Below, piece after piece: positions 1 through 9,079 of a DNA stretch of 64,000 nt. Within the stretch, counting starts at the first letter, position 1. Each line of letters begins with the position of its first letter. The position numbers were made by a program, and so were the translations under genes. Below the pieces are notes generated by a model that saw only the letters and a list, made by a program, of their open reading frames with translations, did not search any database and was not told where the DNA came from. The DNA is from Fimbriimonadia bacterium (GTDB taxonomy: Bacteria > Armatimonadota > Fimbriimonadia > Fimbriimonadales > JABRVX01), in contig JBGPGO010000004.1 of NCBI GenBank assembly GCA_041483895.1, positions 33,987-97,986 on the forward strand, given 5' to 3'.

Positions 1-400
1 CAATCCCAAGACCATGCAGGTCCAGCCCACCTACGGAGACGTGCTTCACGACGTGATGGCCTATCTTGATGCCCGCATTCATACGGCGCAGAAATACGGC
101 ATCGCGGAAGACCGGATCTGGATCGACCCAGGCTTTGGCTTTGGGAAGAACAATCGGCACAATATGGAGCTGCTTCGGCGTTTGGGCGAGTTTCAGACGC
201 TCGGCAAGCCAATCTTGGTGGGAACCTCTCGCAAATCGTTCCTCGGCCGCATTATCGACTCCAACGCGACGGAGCATCCAGGTGTCACCGCCGGTTCGGT
301 GGCCGCCGCAGTAATGCAGGGCGCCAGGGGCGCCCGCGTCCACGATGTCAGACTCATTCGGGACACCGTCGCCGTCATCGACGCCCTCAACGAGTCCTAA
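1..400 (+). CDS. folP: dihydropteroate synthase, C-terminal part (5' end lies upstream of window)
   Basis: The reading frame is open from the window edge. Translation (IWIDPGFGFGK, ILVGTSRKSF, RVHDV) matches the conserved C-terminal half of the pterin-binding DHPS fold. Confidence 0.85.
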   Translation, partial: NPKTMQVQPTYGDVLHDVMAYLDARIHTAQKYGIAEDRIWIDPGFGFGKNNRHNMELLRRLGEFQTLGKPILVGTSRKSFLGRIIDSNATEHPGVTAGSVAAAVMQGARGARVHDVRLIRDTVAVIDALNES

Positions 401-405
401 GACCC

Positions 406-495
406 GATGCGGCCGGTCTCCTGACCGAGCCGCAGTCCAGGAACGGTCAGGAGACCTGGAAGCGAGCGCGACTCGGTCAGGAGACCGGTCGCATC
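406..495. mobile_element. MITE-like element with 28-nt terminal inverted repeats (family A: GATGCGRCCGGTCTCCTGACCGAGYCGC)
   Basis: The left arm (406-433) and right arm (468-495) are reverse complements with 2 mismatches. The element is flanked by the 17-nt direct repeat CCCTCAACGA(G/A)TCCTAA at 384-400 and 501-517. The same arm recurs at 23055-23122 and 45899-45926. Confidence 0.5.
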
Positions 496-604
496 AGAGA
501 CCCTCAACGAATCCTAATCCTCCGGGAACCTCTCTCGTCGAGTCCGGCGTATCCGTAAAGGAACGGTGGACGATCCGCATGACTTTGGAGGTGAGAACTT
601 CACG

Positions 605-1714
605 ATGAAATTGAAAGCTAAACACCTATGGTTGGGGTTGGCGATAGCTACGGTGTCTGTGGTCATCGCCACTCCGGGACAGAAACTGGACGACACATCG
701 TTGACGCAGAAGGTCAACAGCGAATTCAACCTCGACAACGCAACCTTTTCCCAGGCATTGGAGAAGCTGCTGCATCTGCCGGAACTGAAGGACGTCACGG
801 TGGCCGCTCCGGAACCGAACGCGGATGCCACGCAGGTCACTCTGCATGTCAGCCCAGGCAAATATACGGTCAAGGAACTGCTGCAGATCGTTGCGGAGCT
901 GTATCAGCGCAATTTGCAGATCGACAATGGGACGGTCAAACTCCAGAAGGGCCGAGGCTGGATCATCGAGCCCAATGGGCAAAACAAGCTTGAGATTCCC
1001 AACTGGGGAGACACGATCAAGCGGTACGACCTTCAGACTCCGAAGAACTGGTCCTATACGGTCCCCGATCTCAAGTCGCTGGAGCCGCTCAAGGCATATT
1101 CCTGGGCGCTCGGCGGTCAGGACAACAAGCAGATCGCCGAAGAGTTGAAGAAGATCGCCGAGGAGATGGCAAAGACGGGTCAGCAGAAAGCGCTGACCGA
1201 CAAGGATCAAGCGAAGATCAAGGAGCTTGCCGAAAGGCTTGCGAAGATGGCGAAAGAGCTTGCCGAAAAGTCCACGAGCATGGTGGCTCCCTTCCTGCGA
1301 TCGGATACCGGCAATCAATTCTTCCGCCAATACATGAACCCAAAGAACCAGACGCCAGAGAAGCGGGAACAGATGAATAAGTGGCTGAAGGAGCATGGGT
1401 ATCAGCCGGGGACGGAAGATGGCAATGGCTTGTTCAAGTACTTCCAGCTCGCTCCGAGGTCCGGAGACAGCAGCATTTTCAAGCTGTTCAATCGCGGCGA
1501 TACTGATAGGGCTTTTGTCTTCGGAACGCAGGACATCAAGGGTCTGATGAACAGCCTTACCGACAAGCAGTGGGAATTGCAGAAGAAGAATGGCTACTTG
1601 ACGCCGGATGATTTGACTCCGAAACAGCGTGTGATGCTTGGTTCGGACACCAAAGGCGACTTCTCTCTATCGTTTTCGTTGGATGGCAAGACGCTGACGA
1701 TCAAGAGCAAATAA
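605..1714 (+). CDS. hypothetical secreted or membrane-anchored protein with a K/E-rich coiled-coil segment
   Basis: Long ORF (track 566..1714). An internal ATG at 605 gives MKLKAKHLWLGLAIATVSVVIA, a signal or anchor peptide. No family recognised. Confidence 0.6.
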   Translation: MKLKAKHLWLGLAIATVSVVIATPGQKLDDTSLTQKVNSEFNLDNATFSQALEKLLHLPELKDVTVAAPEPNADATQVTLHVSPGKYTVKELLQIVAELYQRNLQIDNGTVKLQKGRGWIIEPNGQNKLEIPNWGDTIKRYDLQTPKNWSYTVPDLKSLEPLKAYSWALGGQDNKQIAEELKKIAEEMAKTGQQKALTDKDQAKIKELAERLAKMAKELAEKSTSMVAPFLRSDTGNQFFRQYMNPKNQTPEKREQMNKWLKEHGYQPGTEDGNGLFKYFQLAPRSGDSSIFKLFNRGDTDRAFVFGTQDIKGLMNSLTDKQWELQKKNGYLTPDDLTPKQRVMLGSDTKGDFSLSFSLDGKTLTIKSK

Positions 1715-1722
1715 AGCTATGT

Positions 1723-1747
1723 CCCTTCACAGTCTGACTGTGAAGGG
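1723..1747 (+). terminator. stem-loop just downstream of the 605..1714 gene
   Basis: Perfect 11-bp stem CCCTTCACAGT / ACTGTGAAGGG with a 3-nt loop. No clear U-tract follows. Confidence 0.35.
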
Positions 1748-1769
1748 ATAGGTTAACTCACCTAGCGGC

Positions 1770-1806
1770 AAGGGGCGGATAGGTTGTTTCCGCCCCTTGT
1801 TCATTT
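1770..1806 (+). terminator. candidate intrinsic terminator
   Basis: 10-bp stem AAGGGGCGGA / TCCGCCCCTT with a 9-nt loop, followed by the T-rich stretch GTTCATTTCT. Confidence 0.45.
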
Positions 1807-1825
1807 CTGGGGGGGGTTCAATTGG

Positions 1826-1890
1826 ATCGGACGTATCGGACTTATAGGTCGTATAGGTCCTATAAGTCCTATATGTCCTATATGTCGGAT
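1826..1890. repeat. 9-bp tandem repeat array (about 7 units, consensus GGTCCTATA, core palindrome CCTATAGG)
   Basis: The sequence reads ggacgtatc ggacttata ggtcgtata ggtcctata agtcctata tgtcctata tgtcgg. It overlaps the last codons and the stop of the MFS gene. Confidence 0.85.
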
Positions 1891-3239
1891 GCGGGCAGCA
1901 AAACACTGGGCGCCATGCCCGGTTCCTCGGCGCGAGCGTCCGGAACGAAGTCGGGCAGTTCCTCCTCCACATGTCGCGTGCGCGGATACAGATAGACGGC
2001 AACGCACAACGCCACACACACGACCCCGATCATCATGAGCAGAAACCGCATCCCGCTGCCCGGATAGGTCCCGATCAGGGAGCCGACGGAGGATGCCAGC
2101 GCGCCGCCCGGCCGAAACGCCGGCTCCAACACCCGATCGACCAACGGCCCGGCGAACAGGTAGGAGAGCGGAGTCATCGACTGCGCGATCACGCGACGAA
2201 CGGCAAATACCCGGCCCTGCACGTCCGGCGGGGTTTTGGCCATCCAGATCGCCTGGCTGCAGCCGTAGCAGATCGGCTCCAGGAAGCAGAGGACAATCAT
2301 CGGCGTGGTCAGCACCCACCATGTCGGTGGGAGGCCGTATGCGAGAAACCCCAAATACCCGATGACGGAACCGCCGACAAGGCCGTTGATTTTGCGCTTC
2401 GGCCCGCCCCAGGCGCCCATCACTACTGTCCCGATGAGCAGTCCTACGCCGGCCGCCGACACGATGGACCCGAGGATACGCGGATCCTTGTTCAAGGTCA
2501 GCATCATCGGCGTGAACACCGCCATCAATAGCCCTAAGAAAAAGTTGCAGGCCGCGAAGAAGCATAGCAGGCCGAGCAAACCGGGCCGGACTCGAATGAA
2601 TTTCCACCCGAACAGCGCTTCGCCGGCCAGCGAACCCTTGGCCGCGACCCCTTCCTCCGATGGAGGCGGGGGTGGCACTCGGACCGCCACCGCTGTGCCG
2701 ACCGCGAAAAGGAAAGTGGCAAAGTCGATGACGATGATGCCCGTAAGCCCGGATGCCACGAGCAGGAACGCGCCGAGGGCGGGGGCCGCGATCATGGAGA
2801 CCGCCTCGGCAACGGACATCATTCCGCTTGCCCGGGCGTGATGTTCTTGGGGGACGAGCAGGGTCGTCACCGCGTTGAAGGCCGGCCAATGGAGGGAGCT
2901 GAACGAAGCACTGACGGCGCTGATGATGTAGATGTGCCAGACCTGCAACAGGTTGAAGTAGACCAGGACAGCGAGGGCCAACGCGCCGATGCCCGCTCCG
3001 AGGTCGGCGATGATGAGGGCCTTGCGCCGATCCCAACGATCCACCAGCGCGCCCGCGAACGGACCGAAGACGATGGACGGTAAGGTGGCGGCAAGCATGG
3101 TAATGGAGAACTTGGTTACGGAGCCGGTGTGCTGGTAGACCCAGATGCTGATGGCGAAGCCGGTAAGGCCGGACCCCAGCACGGACACGACCTGCCCGAA
3201 CCAGAGGATGAGGAAAGTACGGATGCCTGCGCTTCGCAT
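1878..3239 (-). CDS. MFS transporter (efflux-type, 12-TM-like)
   Basis: The ORF has repeated hydrophobic helices and an MFS loop motif (GALVDRWDRRK). The start was moved to MRSAGIRTFLILWF at 3239, because the longer track ORF begins inside the repeat array. Confidence 0.85.
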   Translation of the reverse strand: MRSAGIRTFLILWFGQVVSVLGSGLTGFAISIWVYQHTGSVTKFSITMLAATLPSIVFGPFAGALVDRWDRRKALIIADLGAGIGALALAVLVYFNLLQVWHIYIISAVSASFSSLHWPAFNAVTTLLVPQEHHARASGMMSVAEAVSMIAAPALGAFLLVASGLTGIIVIDFATFLFAVGTAVAVRVPPPPPSEEGVAAKGSLAGEALFGWKFIRVRPGLLGLLCFFAACNFFLGLLMAVFTPMMLTLNKDPRILGSIVSAAGVGLLIGTVVMGAWGGPKRKINGLVGGSVIGYLGFLAYGLPPTWWVLTTPMIVLCFLEPICYGCSQAIWMAKTPPDVQGRVFAVRRVIAQSMTPLSYLFAGPLVDRVLEPAFRPGGALASSVGSLIGTYPGSGMRFLLMMIGVVCVALCVAVYLYPRTRHVEEELPDFVPDARAEEPGMAPSVLLPASDI

Positions 3240-3266
3240 GCGGAACAGGGTACACGAATTGGGCAA

Positions 3267-3337
3267 GTAGGACCTATAGGACGTATAGGTCGTATAGGTC
3301 CTATAAGTCCTAAAAGTCCGATGAGTCCGATACGTCC
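3267..3337. repeat. 9-bp tandem repeat array (about 8 units, same family as 1826-1890, same orientation)
   Basis: The sequence reads gtaggacct ataggacgt ataggtcgt ataggtcct ataagtcct aaaagtccg atgagtccg atacgtcc. It shares the string ggtcgtataggtcctataagtcct with the first array. Confidence 0.85.
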
Positions 3338-4086
3338 AAAATCCATCGCGCCGCATGAGAGAGACGAACCAAGGTCGCGGGGCGGATGTGCTTCTTTTGG
3401 TCCAGCTGCGGCGGCTGATCGCGGCGGCAGAAGTAGGAATGGAGCGCGCGGCGGGGTCGGTCGGTGCGGTTGGTGGTGCCGCCGTGCCAGGTGTGGCTGT
3501 TGAAGATCACCACCGTCCCGGCAGGCGCGATCAGCAACTTCTGATCGGGATGCGCGGCCGCGGTGTCCTGCATATCGTCGGATGGCATCCGGCCGCTTCG
3601 GTGCGAACCGGGCACGACGCGCGTGGCCCCGTTTTCTTCCGTGAAATCATCGAGCAGCCAGATGGAGTTGCAGACATAGTAATCGCCCGGCGTCACTGGG
3701 CCGCTCCAGTCGACGTGCAGCGCCTGGTTCCCCTGACCCGGAAGCGCCGACCGGGCGTTGAGCGATGACAGCTTGAACTCTCCGCCAAGCACGTGGGCGA
3801 TCGCCGCCAATACGCGCGGATGGGTGAAACAGACCTCGAACATCGGGTCCTTGTTCACCAGGTCCGCCAGCCGGTCGGTCCCTGCCTCCTGGTGCACCTC
3901 TTTCCCCGCCTCCGAACCTTCTTCGGCAACCAGGGCATTGAACTTTTCGCCCAATGCACGAATTTGGCCAGGAGTAAGGATGTTTGGGAGCGGGAGGTAT
4001 CCATCGGCATCCAACCGAGCGCGTTCCTCTTGGGAAAGGGTGTCGTCGCGTACACCCAACTCGTCAAGCGCGAGCGCAATGTTCAT
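3310..4086 (-). CDS. phytanoyl-CoA dioxygenase (PhyH) family Fe(II)/2-oxoglutarate oxygenase
   Basis: HVDW and SHTWHGG metal-ligand context plus the overall PhyH-like sequence. The last 8 codons (DVSDSSDF) are encoded by the 9-bp array. Confidence 0.8.
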   Translation of the reverse strand: MNIALALDELGVRDDTLSQEERARLDADGYLPLPNILTPGQIRALGEKFNALVAEEGSEAGKEVHQEAGTDRLADLVNKDPMFEVCFTHPRVLAAIAHVLGGEFKLSSLNARSALPGQGNQALHVDWSGPVTPGDYYVCNSIWLLDDFTEENGATRVVPGSHRSGRMPSDDMQDTAAAHPDQKLLIAPAGTVVIFNSHTWHGGTTNRTDRPRRALHSYFCRRDQPPQLDQKKHIRPATLVRLSHAARWILDVSDSSDF

Positions 4087-4122
4087 GGAATGCGAATTCC
4101 CTGAGGAAATGGGAGGTCCTGC

Positions 4123-4821
4123 CTAGTGTTGATCGGTGATTCGGCCAGTTTCCGAATACCAAATCACAACGGTCTTGCCTTTGTCGAGGACCTGGAAACG
4201 GATCGTCAGTGGATCATCGTTCGATGCGTCCCAGAAACAGGCCCAAACGTCGTATGCCGTTGCTTGAACATTCTTGTTCAGATATCGCCGCTTCCGTATC
4301 GCAATCGTGTCCAATATCGGTCTGGTCGTGTGCTGCTCAAGAACTGTCTGCGAGGTGAGCGCGTCCAGCACCTCTCTTGGAATCTTCGCCGTCGCAAGAT
4401 CATCGAGGCGCTTGCCGATGCACTTCGGCTTCGGGATGATCGGACTTGGCAGGGGCGCGCCACGTTCGGTCGTCAAGCAGTGGTCGCGGACGAGCCCGGA
4501 TTGGATAAGCAACTCATACACGCTCTCCGCCGCGTCATCTGAAACCATCAAGCGAACCATCTCGCCCGACGCGGTCTTATCATAGTCGATGTGATATCGG
4601 TTGAAGATGGATTGGACATGTCGTTCAGTTGCAAGATCGTGCGCCGAATAGGATGCGACGTTATTCCATCCAGTGCCAGGCCAGATGTATTCATCAATCG
4701 GATCGAATTGCACCAGATCAACATCGTCCGGTATCAGGCTTTGCGCCTCCTCTTGAATCGCCGGATGAGGAGTTACGAGTCGCATAGCAAGAGCGAGCGC
4801 CACGGCAATTTGAGCTAACAT
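4123..4821 (-). CDS. hypothetical secreted protein
   Basis: N-terminal MLAQIAVALALAMRLV looks like a signal peptide. It lies 37 nt upstream of the PhyH gene on the same strand. No family recognised. Confidence 0.55.
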   Translation of the reverse strand: MLAQIAVALALAMRLVTPHPAIQEEAQSLIPDDVDLVQFDPIDEYIWPGTGWNNVASYSAHDLATERHVQSIFNRYHIDYDKTASGEMVRLMVSDDAAESVYELLIQSGLVRDHCLTTERGAPLPSPIIPKPKCIGKRLDDLATAKIPREVLDALTSQTVLEQHTTRPILDTIAIRKRRYLNKNVQATAYDVWACFWDASNDDPLTIRFQVLDKGKTVVIWYSETGRITDQH

Positions 4822-4896
4822 CTGTAGCCATAGTATATCACGACGCGGGGACTCGGAGGGAAGACGATGCGATAATCAATGAAATGAGAAGGCTCG

Positions 4897-4921
4897 ATAG
4901 GACCTATAGGTCCTATAGGTA
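4897..4921. repeat. 9-bp tandem repeat array (3 units, same family)
   Basis: ataggacct ataggtcct ataggta, in the intergenic region between the accA 3' end and the 4123..4821 gene start. Confidence 0.75.
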
Positions 4922-5037
4922 TTTGCCGCGTTAATCGCGTTGGACGGACCAGGATCGTTTCGCGAGAGGTTGCCACGCGGGTCTTGGTGGTCGCAAAATG
5001 AACACCTCCGGCAAGACGACCCGCGCCTACTATCGCC

Positions 5038-6000
5038 TCAGACCTTCTCAAAGACTCCGAGAGCTTCAAAGCGCTGGAGGCGCTGGGAACGGAGCTGGTC
5101 GGGGGTGAGAGTTTCCAGTTCGACGAGGGCTTTCGTTAGGGACTCCTTCGCCGATGCGATCACCTCGGTCGGATGGGTATGTGCCGCGCCGATCGGCTCC
5201 GGGATAATCTCCTCGATAAGCTCCAGCGACAGGGCGTCTTCCGCAGTGAGTCGCAATGCAGTTGAGGCCTCCGCCCGCCGCGCCGGATCGCGCCACAGGA
5301 TCGCCGCGCAGCCCTCCGGCGGGATGACCGAATAGATGGCGTTCTGCAACATCAGCACCTTGTTCGCGCACGCGATCGCGATGGCCCCTCCGCTGCCGCC
5401 CTCCCCCAGCACCAACGCGACAATGGGCACCGACAGGCCGAACATCTTGCGCATGCTCTCGGCGATGGCCCAACTGATGCCGCGCTGTTCCGCCTCCACG
5501 CCGGGGTCCGCAGCCGGTGTGTCCACGAGGCTCAAAATCGGGAGTTGGAACCGTTCGGCGAGGTCCATCATGCGCATCGCTTTGCGATACCCCTCGGGCT
5601 TGGCCATGCCAAAGTTTCGCAGCTTGCGCTCCTTAACATCCCTGCCCTTTTGCTGCGCGATGATCGCCACGCGCCGCCCGTCAAATCGTCCCAGCCCAAC
5701 CACGATCGCGCCATCGTCGGCCGATTCTCGATCCCCATGAAGCTCCACGAACTCTTCGCAAATCGCCCGGATGATATCCAGCGAATAGGGCCGGCTGGCG
5801 TGGCGGGCGATCAAGGTCCGGTCCCACGGCGTCAGGCGGGAATAGATCTGCTTCTCGTTCTCGACCGCCTTTTTTCGCAATGCCGCCAGCTCTTTCGGCT
5901 CCGGCAGATTGTGCGCCCGCGCATAGGCCTCGATCTTCGCGATCTGCTCGCGAAGCTCGCGCAATGGACTTTCCAACTCGTTGAAGTCCGAATCAGCCAC
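5038..6000 (-). CDS. accA: acetyl-CoA carboxylase carboxyltransferase subunit alpha
   Basis: Full-length match to the AccA pattern (RPYSLD, GRFDGR, GGSGGA). GTG start at 6000. Confidence 0.95.
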   Translation of the reverse strand: MADSDFNELESPLRELREQIAKIEAYARAHNLPEPKELAALRKKAVENEKQIYSRLTPWDRTLIARHASRPYSLDIIRAICEEFVELHGDRESADDGAIVVGLGRFDGRRVAIIAQQKGRDVKERKLRNFGMAKPEGYRKAMRMMDLAERFQLPILSLVDTPAADPGVEAEQRGISWAIAESMRKMFGLSVPIVALVLGEGGSGGAIAIACANKVLMLQNAIYSVIPPEGCAAILWRDPARRAEASTALRLTAEDALSLELIEEIIPEPIGAAHTHPTEVIASAKESLTKALVELETLTPDQLRSQRLQRFEALGVFEKV

Positions 6001-6172
6001 GCGGCAGGCGTCCCCCTTCGGGCGTCTCTTCCCTGTTTTTCTTTGCCTTCTCCAGAAGCTCCAGCTCGGGCGGCGTGGGGAGGTTATGCTTGCGCACGAA
6101 GCGCCTGATCTTTGAAATATTGTCTCGCAGGTCCAGCATCAGCATTTCCAGCTCTGCGCTGTTTTTCGTCAT
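5993..6172 (-). CDS. 59-aa small ORF paralogous to the AccA N-terminus
   Basis: Hand translation gives MTKNSAELEMLMLDLRDNISKIRRFVRKHNLPTPPELELLEKAKKNREETPEGGRLPRG. An AAGGAG Shine-Dalgarno sequence lies 7 nt upstream of the ATG. Its stop overlaps the accA GTG start (GTGGCTGA). About 18 of 43 positions are identical to AccA residues 8-50. Confidence 0.45.
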   Translation of the reverse strand: MTKNSAELEMLMLDLRDNISKIRRFVRKHNLPTPPELELLEKAKKNREETPEGGRLPRG

Positions 6173-6200
6173 CGTTCACTCCTTGAGAATCAATCAAAAT

Positions 6201-7082
6201 CTATGTGTCGCCCACGTGGGGCTTTCCACTCATCAGCGACAGCAGCGTGCCTATGGTGCGTCGCAGCTCTTTGCGCGGCACGATGCGGTCGATCATTCCG
6301 TGGCGGTACTGAAACTCCGCCGTCTGAAAGTCCGGAGGCGGCTTGCCGACCGTGGCCTGCGCGGCGACCCGCTCCCCGGCGAACCCAACCTTCGCGCCCG
6401 GCTCGGAAAGAATCACGTCCCCAAGCGCCGCGAAGCTGGCCAGCACACCCGCCATCGTCGGGTTGGTGAATACCGAGACATAGGGCACGGCGGCCTGGTT
6501 GATCAGATATACGCCGGCAGAGGTCTTGGCCATCTGCATCAGCGCAATCAGACCTTCCTGCATCCGCGCGCCTCCACTGGCGCAGAACAGAACGATGGGA
6601 GTCTTCTCGTCCGCGCCTTTTTCGAATGCCCGATACACCTTCGCTCCAACAACGGAGCCCATACTGCCGCCCATGAAGCCGAAATCCATGATGCCCAGCA
6701 ATACGGGAATTTCCTCGATCGCGGCAGCGCCGATTGTGATTGCTTCCTTGCCCCCGGCGGCCTGCAGCTTGTCTAGATAGCCGGGAAAGCGCAACGGATC
6801 GCAGGTGATCATGTCCGTGAACAGCTCTTGGAACTTGCCGTCGTCGGCGGTCATTTCAACCCGTTCCGGAACCGTCAATCGGTGATGGTGGCCGCACTTC
6901 GGACACACCTTAAGCTGCCGCTCGAACTCCTTTCCAAACAGAATCTTGCGGCATCGCGGGTTCGCGCAATGGATCCATCCGGATTCGTTTGTCATGGGTT
7001 CAGCCATGGCGACCACGGCCTTTTTGGGCGTTGATTTCGGTTCGTTTTTGCTCGCTCCGGTTCTTGGTGTTTGCAAGGCCAC
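6201..7082 (-). CDS. accD: acetyl-CoA carboxylase carboxyltransferase subunit beta
   Basis: N-terminal Cys4 zinc ribbon (CANPRC...CPKCGHH) followed by a carboxyltransferase domain (GGARMQEG). Confidence 0.95.
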   Translation of the reverse strand: MALQTPRTGASKNEPKSTPKKAVVAMAEPMTNESGWIHCANPRCRKILFGKEFERQLKVCPKCGHHHRLTVPERVEMTADDGKFQELFTDMITCDPLRFPGYLDKLQAAGGKEAITIGAAAIEEIPVLLGIMDFGFMGGSMGSVVGAKVYRAFEKGADEKTPIVLFCASGGARMQEGLIALMQMAKTSAGVYLINQAAVPYVSVFTNPTMAGVLASFAALGDVILSEPGAKVGFAGERVAAQATVGKPPPDFQTAEFQYRHGMIDRIVPRKELRRTIGTLLSLMSGKPHVGDT

Positions 7083-7103
7083 AGAACATACCCCCTTCCG
7101 AGG

Positions 7104-8081
7104 TTACTCCACAAGGGGCAGGATGGACTTCCCGAAGATGGAGCAGATTAATTCGACGGCAAGCCGCGCTGTCCTGTTTTGCGTGTCCTCAAGCGGGTCG
7201 ATCTCTACTACGTCCAGCGACACCAATTCGGGACCCTTGTTGGAGCGAATAATCTCCTCATAAATAAGTTCCGTCGCCAGGTGGGCCTCTCGGTAGCTCA
7301 GGCCGCCGGGTACCTTCGTACCGGTTCCGGGTGCGATTTCCGGGTCCAGCACGTCAACGTCGATGGACAGGTGCAGATATTTGGCCTTCGCGCGTCGGAA
7401 CTGGCTGAGGGCCGCTATGATCGTCTGCTTGATTCCGGCTTGGTCGATGTCGCTCATTGTTCTCGCTGGGCGCGTCTGCATGTCGAGAATGGCCCGTTTT
7501 TCCTCATTGTCCAGCTCCCGCAGCCCGATCCAGAAAATGCCTGAGGGCGGCAGATGGCGGCCCTCGTACAGATCGAGGAGGCGTTGCCATGCGATCGCGG
7601 CTTTGCATTCGGATTCAAGACCGCTCGGCCTCCCCAAGGCCGCGCCGAGCACCATGCCGTGAGAGTTGCCGGACGGGGTCGTTGAAGGGGTATTGATATC
7701 TCCGTGCGCATCGATCCAGAGGACGGCGCACTCCGCCGGATCATGGCGGGTCAGGAAGGCCGCCAAGGTCCCGATGGAGAGGCTGTGGTCACCGCCAATC
7801 GTCATCGGCAAGCGCCCGGCGGCATAGCTGTCGAGCAGGATTTCCTTCACATTGCGGCATTTGTCGGCGACGGCATGGCCGTATCTGAGTTTGGGATCGC
7901 CGGGTTCCAGATCGTATCGTCGAGGGGGAAAGATATCGTCGGCATCGCGAACGTCCACACCGAGGTCCCTCAACTGTTGCATGACCCCGGCGGTGCGGAC
8001 GGCCTCCGGTCCGAGGCGCGTACCCGGCTTCCGGCCCCCCAGGTCGGTGGGAACGCCGATAATGTCTACTCCCTTTCGCAT
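7104..8081 (-). CDS. rocF: arginase (ureohydrolase family)
   Basis: [25 protein letters not shown] and SIDVDVLDP manganese-ligand motifs. The start was trimmed to [11 protein letters not shown] at 8081. Confidence 0.8.
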   Translation of the reverse strand: MRKGVDIIGVPTDLGGRKPGTRLGPEAVRTAGVMQQLRDLGVDVRDADDIFPPRRYDLEPGDPKLRYGHAVADKCRNVKEILLDSYAAGRLPMTIGGDHSLSIGTLAAFLTRHDPAECAVLWIDAHGDINTPSTTPSGNSHGMVLGAALGRPSGLESECKAAIAWQRLLDLYEGRHLPPSGIFWIGLRELDNEEKRAILDMQTRPARTMSDIDQAGIKQTIIAALSQFRRAKAKYLHLSIDVDVLDPEIAPGTGTKVPGGLSYREAHLATELIYEEIIRSNKGPELVSLDVVEIDPLEDTQNRTARLAVELICSIFGKSILPLVE

Positions 8082-8133
8082 GGCGGGGAGTCTACCTGCA
8101 GGAGTTGGCGACCCCTTCGGGAAACCGGATTGC

Positions 8134-8718
8134 ATGGATCGTCGGCTGATTGCGGGGATCGATGAGGCTGGGCGAGGTCCACTTGCGGGTCCCGTCGTCG
8201 CGGCCGCGGTCATCTTGGGCGAGCCGATCGAAGGGCTGGCGGACTCCAAACAACTGACCCGGACGCAACGAGAGGAATTGGAGCCAATCATAATGAATCG
8301 TGCCGTCGGTTGGGCTGTTGGGATGGCGGACGTCGATGAGATCGATCGACTCAATATCCTCCATGCCACGTTTCTCGCCATGCGGCGGGCGATTGAGGGA
8401 CTGCGCCAAGTGCCGGAAATGTGCCTTGTGGACGGCAATCGACCCATCCGTGGTCTATCCATCCCGCAACGGACAATTGTCGACGGGGACGCAAAAGAGC
8501 CGGCGATTTCCGCCGCATCGATCCTGGCGAAGGTTCACCGCGACCGCCTGATGGTGCAGCACGATTTGATTTACCCCGGATATGGCTTCGCGGACCATAA
8601 GGGCTATTACTGCCCCGTGCACATTGCCGCGCTTGACCGGCTTGGGCCGTGCGAAATCCATCGGAGGAGCTTCTCACCGGTTCGGGAGCGGCTCGAGCAG
8701 GGTGTGCTGTTTGGTTAG
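8134..8718 (+). CDS. rnhB: ribonuclease HII
   Basis: [15 protein letters not shown] and DSKQL motifs. Start at the ATG giving [11 protein letters not shown]. Confidence 0.9.
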   Translation: MDRRLIAGIDEAGRGPLAGPVVAAAVILGEPIEGLADSKQLTRTQREELEPIIMNRAVGWAVGMADVDEIDRLNILHATFLAMRRAIEGLRQVPEMCLVDGNRPIRGLSIPQRTIVDGDAKEPAISAASILAKVHRDRLMVQHDLIYPGYGFADHKGYYCPVHIAALDRLGPCEIHRRSFSPVRERLEQGVLFG

Positions 8719-9079
8719 CTCGGGAAACCGGAGGATCAGCCTGGGCCGTCGCGGGGAAGAGATCGTCGCACGGTACTTGGAGCAGGAGGGATTCCGGATT
8801 GTGGAGCGCAATTGGCGAGCGCCCAGCGGCGAGCTGGACATCGTCGCGATGGACGGCGAAACTCTGGTGTTCGTGGAGGTTCGGACGCGAATGAGGGCGG
8901 ATCGGATACCTTCCTCGGAGTGGTTCCCGCTGGCAAAGCAACGCAAGCTCGTGGCGTTGGCGGAGCGGTATCTGTGCGATCGCGAGCCATGCTCCTGCAG
9001 GTTCGATGCCGTTGGCGTCACCCTATCGGGAATTCATCCAACGATTACCCACTATCGCGCGGCGTTCGGAGTCGAATGA
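8702..9079 (+). CDS. yraN: YraN family (UPF0102) endonuclease-like protein
   Basis: [25 protein letters not shown]...GELDIVA...LVFVEVRTR pattern. The start is uncertain (GTG 8702 or TTG 8711). Confidence 0.75.
   Translation: MCCLVSSGNRRISLGRRGEEIVARYLEQEGFRIVERNWRAPSGELDIVAMDGETLVFVEVRTRMRADRIPSSEWFPLAKQRKLVALAERYLCDREPCSCRFDAVGVTLSGIHPTITHYRAAFGVE

Noticed and set aside
1801-3255. 484-aa minus-strand ORF, plus several + strand ORFs of 80-190 aa, overlapping the MFS gene
   Set aside because: They lie in alternative frames of a clear MFS transporter gene. The translations are Arg/Pro/Gly-rich and low-complexity, typical of spurious ORFs in GC-rich DNA.
1826-3337. Possibility that the 9-bp arrays or the REP clusters are CRISPR arrays
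   Set aside because: The units are contiguous 9-mers or ~20-60-bp hairpin units without unique spacers of regular length. No cas genes are present in the window.
8082-8462. N-terminal 126-aa extension of the arginase ORF (track 7104..8462)
   Set aside because: The extension is Ser/Arg/Pro-rich, is antisense to the well-supported rnhB gene, and precedes a good internal start ([11 protein letters not shown]) that matches arginase N-termini.
8812-9075. N-terminal extension of the Nif3-like ORF (track 8812..10152)
   Set aside because: It overlaps yraN in another frame. The conserved Nif3 N-terminus begins at MKAVTVGQ (9076), with an ATGA overlap to the yraN stop.
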